DNA of 63,745 nucleotides, filler included, from Piptocephalis cylindrospora (Eukaryota): NCBI GenBank assembly GCA_003614145.1. It is 28 parts of 28 records of this genome, joined end to end, with 100 filler letters (N's around TTAATTAATTAA, not from the genome) between each part and the next. Parts side by side here need not be neighbours in the genome. Positions count along the whole stretch, not along the records: positions 59,350 to 61,497 come from KZ989062.1; positions 61,598 to 63,745 come from KZ989063.1; 26 more parts are not named here. One strand, 5' to 3'. Shown piece by piece: positions 59,574 to 63,745 of this stretch (position 1 is its first letter; each line of letters starts with the position of its first letter). The notes under the pieces were generated by a model. It saw only the letters and a program-made list of their open reading frames with translations, ran no database searches and was not told where the DNA came from. The position numbers and the translations under genes were made by a program.

Positions 59574-60365
59574 ATGCGTCCGACCCCCCTGCTCCTCCTT
59601 GTTCTTGCCCTAGGCCTGGATCCTGTCCCTCCTCGTACCTCCCGAATGGTGCAGGCTGATGGCGCCATGGGCATGCTTAAGGCCGGGGCCGGGGTAGTGA
59701 CCCAGGGCGTGGCCTTTGGGTCCATTGCCGCAGCCACTAATTTTCTCTTTACTGGCCTCTTCAACCATCGTAAGAACATGAATGAGGCCTTGGCCAAACA
59801 GAGGCTGATTGCCGAGGCTGAGCTCAAACTAGAGAAGCTCAAGGGGGTCAATCTCCCCCCATCCAATATGACCGCTATCCCTACCAAGGCAGTCGGGTCT
59901 ATCGGTACGAAGAGCTCCGATCCTACTCCTGAGGAGGAGATGGACGAGGAGGATCGTGCGCTCTTGCACCATCAGCACTTATCCATCGACAAGCCCTCTC
60001 TTAATGAGACTGGACGGCAGCCTAAGGATGAGGGCAATACACCTCCCTCATCTCCTACGAATCAGGGCATTCTGATCAATGCTACTGTAGTGAATGGAAC
60101 CGTGGTGGATGCCGCTGTAGTTAATAATACTGTGATCAATGGTACGATGGTCAATCAAAGCGTGATCAATGGTACAGTGGTCGATCCTATCGTGGCCAAC
60201 TCCACCTCCGCTACCCCTACTCAGCTCAGGAAAAGTCCAGCCCATCGACACCACCACCATCATCACCATCACTCCCCTCTTCCTACCCCTTCGTCCTTGT
60301 CAAAAACGGAGTTGAAAGCGTCGATTGAAGCGGCGCCTACCAACCCACCGAAACGCGAGGCATGA
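59574..60365 (+). CDS. Orphan secreted or membrane glycoprotein with N-glycosylation pentapeptide repeats and a poly-His tract
   Basis: 263 aa. Hydrophobic N-terminus, Gly/Ala-rich hydrophobic helix, short coiled coil, repeats of (V/I)NxT(V/M), and His8. Confidence 0.65.
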   Translation: MRPTPLLLLVLALGLDPVPPRTSRMVQADGAMGMLKAGAGVVTQGVAFGSIAAATNFLFTGLFNHRKNMNEALAKQRLIAEAELKLEKLKGVNLPPSNMTAIPTKAVGSIGTKSSDPTPEEEMDEEDRALLHHQHLSIDKPSLNETGRQPKDEGNTPPSSPTNQGILINATVVNGTVVDAAVVNNTVINGTMVNQSVINGTVVDPIVANSTSATPTQLRKSPAHRHHHHHHHHSPLPTPSSLSKTELKASIEAAPTNPPKREA

Positions 60366-60815
60366 TCATGACTCCCTATCTTCTCTTTTTCTGTGTTCAT
60401 CTTTGTGTGCCTCACCAAAGGCCATGGCATTTCGCGTGTTGTTGAGTGGTGAGGGGTGATGTTTCGAAACGATAAAATCTTCAAGCTTGCTTTTCTCTCT
60501 TTCCACTCCCTTCCCGTACACTTTTGTGTGGTCGTAATGATGATCCTCTCCCCTTGCTACGTCTCTGTCGCCATGACCGACCGCCTTATCCTCTCTCTCC
60601 CATGTGCCCTGAGCATCGATCTTCAGGGAGACTGGCCATGAAGGGTAAATGACATGGATTGCGTAGAGTAAATAAAGATATTAAGCAATAGAAGGAAAGA
60701 GTGATACATAGAGAATGGAGCGGACGTGTTGGATGATCATGGGATCGTAAAATGTAAAGCGGGAAAGATGAGACATGGACATGCTATGAGAAGGGACGGA
60801 GTTGGATATGGACGA

Positions 60816-61187
60816 TCAAGAATCCACATCCCAATAATGTTCAACACTTTGAACAGTAACCTTTTTCTGATCGGTCAGAGCGATGGGTGAAGAGGAGGCT
60901 GAATACGTCATACTTCCACTGACTTGACGTTGGACACTTTTATCAGCCGTAGCAAGCATGGCCTGCTGCTGGACCTTATTCCCTTTGCCGAGGAGGCCCA
61001 CGATCTGATCGGATTGCTTCTCTTCATGAGCGCGTCTTCGGCTATCCTCGTGAAACAAAACCGCATCACGAAGTCCGAGAGCATTGGTAAACCCAGCAGG
61101 CACCATATGAAGTCTGGGGATTTTTGGGGCAGCCAAGGCCTGGTGGAGGGTCAGGGCGGAGAGAAGGATCAGTGTGTGGGGAAGCAT
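60816..61187 (-). CDS. Small orphan secreted protein (123 aa)
   Basis: Signal peptide MLPHTLILLSALTLHQALA-AP; complete ORF, convergent with 59574-60365. Confidence 0.6.
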   Translation of the reverse strand: MLPHTLILLSALTLHQALAAPKIPRLHMVPAGFTNALGLRDAVLFHEDSRRRAHEEKQSDQIVGLLGKGNKVQQQAMLATADKSVQRQVSGSMTYSASSSPIALTDQKKVTVQSVEHYWDVDS

Positions 61188-61597
61188 GGTCTTTGGGTGG
61201 ATGGTTGGTTAAAAAGGAAGGATGTGGTGTAAGGACCAGTAGTAGTAGTAGTAGTAGTAGAAGAAGGAGAAGAAAAGATATCGTAACGTGAAGGATTGGA
61301 GAAACAGACAGACGGGTCGGAGACGGAGGGAGAAGGGTAGAGTGGTGTTGTTAAGGAGAATGTAGCAACCAAGACAATGTAGATCGACAAGGTCAGGTCA
61401 GGTCAGGCTAGAAGTGGAGTGGGGCCGTAAGTAGAAGGACAGAGGGAGGGGAGAAAGAGAAGGAATTCGGGGCAGAGAAAAATTGATCGATTCCTCGNNN
61501 NNNNNNNNNNNNNNNNNNNNNNNNNNNNNNNNNNNNNNNNNTTAATTAATTAANNNNNNNNNNNNNNNNNNNNNNNNNNNNNNNNNNNNNNNNNNNN

Positions 61598-62674
61598 CGA
61601 TCTGGGGAGGTGGTGAGCTTTGGCTCTCTTTCCGTTTCCACCGTCTCTTCCTTCACTGATCCCCGCTTGGAGGGTGGGGAAGCTAGCGGACTTCCGAGAT
61701 ACGGAGGACCCGGAGATCATGTCTCTGATGTGGATGAGGAAGACGAGGAGGATGAGGAGGATGAGGAGGATGAGGAAGATCAGGAAGATGATTCATCGGA
61801 TGGTTCAGGAGAGGAGAAGAGGACGATGGAGAAGGTGGCTTACTCTGGGTCTGTGATACCTACCGCCTCCACCCCGGCATCAGTGCTCAAGGATCAGGAA
61901 CTCCCCCGGCCTCTCCCGCCCCTGGAGACGTCTTCGGGTGGGGCTCACCTTGTTGGATACCTTTTCCCCGAGAATGGTACGACCAAGAAGACTTTAAGGG
62001 TCACGGAGAAAGGCGATATGGAGGTCGAGGAGATGTCATCTTCCCTTCCCTCCTCTTTATCCTCCGGAGGCCGTGGTCACTTGATGAGCGAAAAGAAGAA
62101 GAGTAAAAAGGCCGAAGTGGTGAGCGGTGAAAGGGAGGAGAAAGGGGAAGAGGATGGGGAGGGAACGGAAGGGCGTGAGATGTATGAGTTTGGCTACCCT
62201 ACTCGACCGAGCTTTGAGGTGTACCAGGACTGCGTGTCGGAGATTGACTCGTACCTGCACCCGTCCCTGATCCAAGCGCTTCCTCGACGTCTCTGGCTCC
62301 CGGTCAACCCGGCACGTCGGACCTTTGATCTGGATGAGTGTATTGAGCTGGATCATGCCCTCGTTACGTCGACTAGCGGGTCGATGGGCATCATTGGATG
62401 GAGAAGACGTAAGCGGGTGCAAAGGACGAAGCGGAAGGTCAAGGCTCGGAGGGTAAGACCAGTTGGAGCACAGAGCTCCAGGGCCGGATCGGACAGCTTG
62501 CATAATATCTGGAGTGGGACGGAGACGCGGATGACGGACATGACCACGGCCTCCTTTTACTCGAGTAACACGGCCGATGCCTTTACACACACGCTGGGAG
62601 GGACCAGTGGGGGCTTTACCAGTGGGGATTCCTCTGGTCTGTCTGATCCGGAGATTGGGGTGGAGGAATGCTAG
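61598..62674 (+). CDS. C-terminal part of a protein, possibly an OSCA/TMEM63 (Csc1/Phm7/Rsn1) cytosolic tail
   Basis: Long open frame from the contig edge, mostly acidic and low complexity. The motif SYLHPSL....P.RLWLPVNP resembles the PHM7_ext Y.HPAL...P..WLP.DP pattern. Confidence 0.45.
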   Translation, partial: RSGEVVSFGSLSVSTVSSFTDPRLEGGEASGLPRYGGPGDHVSDVDEEDEEDEEDEEDEEDQEDDSSDGSGEEKRTMEKVAYSGSVIPTASTPASVLKDQELPRPLPPLETSSGGAHLVGYLFPENGTTKKTLRVTEKGDMEVEEMSSSLPSSLSSGGRGHLMSEKKKSKKAEVVSGEREEKGEEDGEGTEGREMYEFGYPTRPSFEVYQDCVSEIDSYLHPSLIQALPRRLWLPVNPARRTFDLDECIELDHALVTSTSGSMGIIGWRRRKRVQRTKRKVKARRVRPVGAQSSRAGSDSLHNIWSGTETRMTDMTTASFYSSNTADAFTHTLGGTSGGFTSGDSSGLSDPEIGVEEC

Positions 62675-62974
62675 GGTGTGCAATGCATGCGTGTATTTTG
62701 TTATTTGTTTTCGACAAGGACTTTATGCAGGATGATAGGGGGGATGGGGATCATGTCATCCATGGCCAGTAGGGTGCATGGGCAAGTCACAGCAGCCTAA
62801 CGCAACAGTCCTCTCTTGCTGACACACTTTGATACTTAAGACGACCTCGGAGATTTTCGGGAGTTGAGAGGATAGGATACGTATGATTACGCGCTGTGTG
62901 GTGTGAATACCGCCCTCTTTGATCCTAGAGACACCCTTTCTTCCTCCTCAAGCCCATCCCTTTCCATTGACCTC

Positions 62975-63491
62975 ATGTCTCATCACACCCCATACTCTTT
63001 GGCAGCTTTATGTAAGGTGGAGTGGGATGGTAATCCGTGTATGCGTTCTTCTACAGGGCTCCTCCCGCCTCCCTCACCCTTCCCGTCTTGTAGGTGCTAC
63101 TGGAGGCATCGTCGGGTTTGCCCGGACAGGCTCCAAGCCCTCTCTCGTGGCTGGTCTGGGTCTGGGTTTGTTGTATGGAGTGTCAGGGTATTTGATCCAA
63201 AAGAACAAGGACCATGGTCATGACCTTGCTGCAGGTAAGAGTGGGCTGGGGGATGTGTGAGGAGGCGTAGTCACTCACTCGTTCACTCACTCACTCACTC
63301 ACTCACTCACTCACTCACTCACCTTCCTGCGCCTCTTGGATGGTATAGTCACCTCGGCTGTGCTGATGGGGGCCCTGCTTCCCCGGGGACTGAGGCAGCG
63401 GAAGGCGATGCCTCTTGTCCTTGGGTCCGTGGGGGTCCTTGGTCTTGGGTATCACTCGCGGAAGGCGTATGAGGAGAGATACGGGGTCTAG
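62975..63491 (+). CDS. TMEM14: TMEM14-family small membrane protein (3 exons)
   Basis: MSHHTPYSLAAL|CATGGIVGFARTGSKPSLVAGLGLGLLYG.SGYLI...G|...R..R.RK.MP, with two GTAAG...TAG introns. Confidence 0.9.
63271..63322. repeat. (TCAC)n microsatellite inside a TMEM14 intron
   Basis: About 12 TCAC units with one interruption. Confidence 0.9.
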
Positions 63492-63745
63492 GATGGAGTG
63501 AATGATGATTACTTGAGACGTACTCTTTGCCTTTTGAAGAATTGACATGATTACGTCGCGTGTGGACCATGTTGATTCAGGGAGATTGTTGTTTGAATTC
63601 TTTCAGCCCATGCACTCTATTTCTTTTTCAAAGACGAAGAAGATTACGCCTTTCTTTCTCTTTGTTGATGGATTGCATTCTCGCTTATCCTTCTGGTCCA
63701 TTATTCCTGTGTGCACGACAAGCCGCTCTTTCCCCCCTGGCTCAT

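Overview
This window is not one locus. It is 28 short eukaryotic contigs of about 2.05-2.23 kb, in almost strictly descending size order, joined by an artificial 100-nt linker (N44-TTAATTAATTAA-N44), so adjacency across linkers means nothing. Short GT-AG introns, a DEK_C-type chitin synthase, an SreA-type GATA factor and genes retained from the opisthokont ancestor (TPX2-like, GCLM, DIP2) point to an early-diverging fungus. Repeated fold-back and direct-repeat junctions suggest a whole-genome-amplified (single-cell) assembly; a Zoopagomycota parasite such as Piptocephalis would fit, but that is inference only. Most contigs carry one or two housekeeping genes, often truncated: Pns1, TAPT1/Emp65, hexokinase, GPN2, TFIIS, DPH7, Fab1, AP-2 alpha, AP-3 delta, Trs85, FLX1, TMEM14, and fragments of eIF2-alpha and Rsp5. 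Mobile DNA comprises two Merlin (IS1016/IS1595-like) transposon pieces and an L1/Tx1-type LINE. The most interesting items are: (1) a putative secreted protein combining a mucin-like stalk, a lectin-like domain and a divergent aerolysin/ETX-MTX2-like pore-forming domain (13921-15504); (2) a secreted fascin-like beta-trefoil protein; (3) a spliced TPX2-like gene missed by the ORF track; (4) a PTS2-bearing plant/bacterial-type citrate synthase; (5) an orphan secreted-protein gene split by an inversion, which can be reconstructed; (6) several other orphan secreted effector candidates. All family assignments are by motif recognition; no database search was run.
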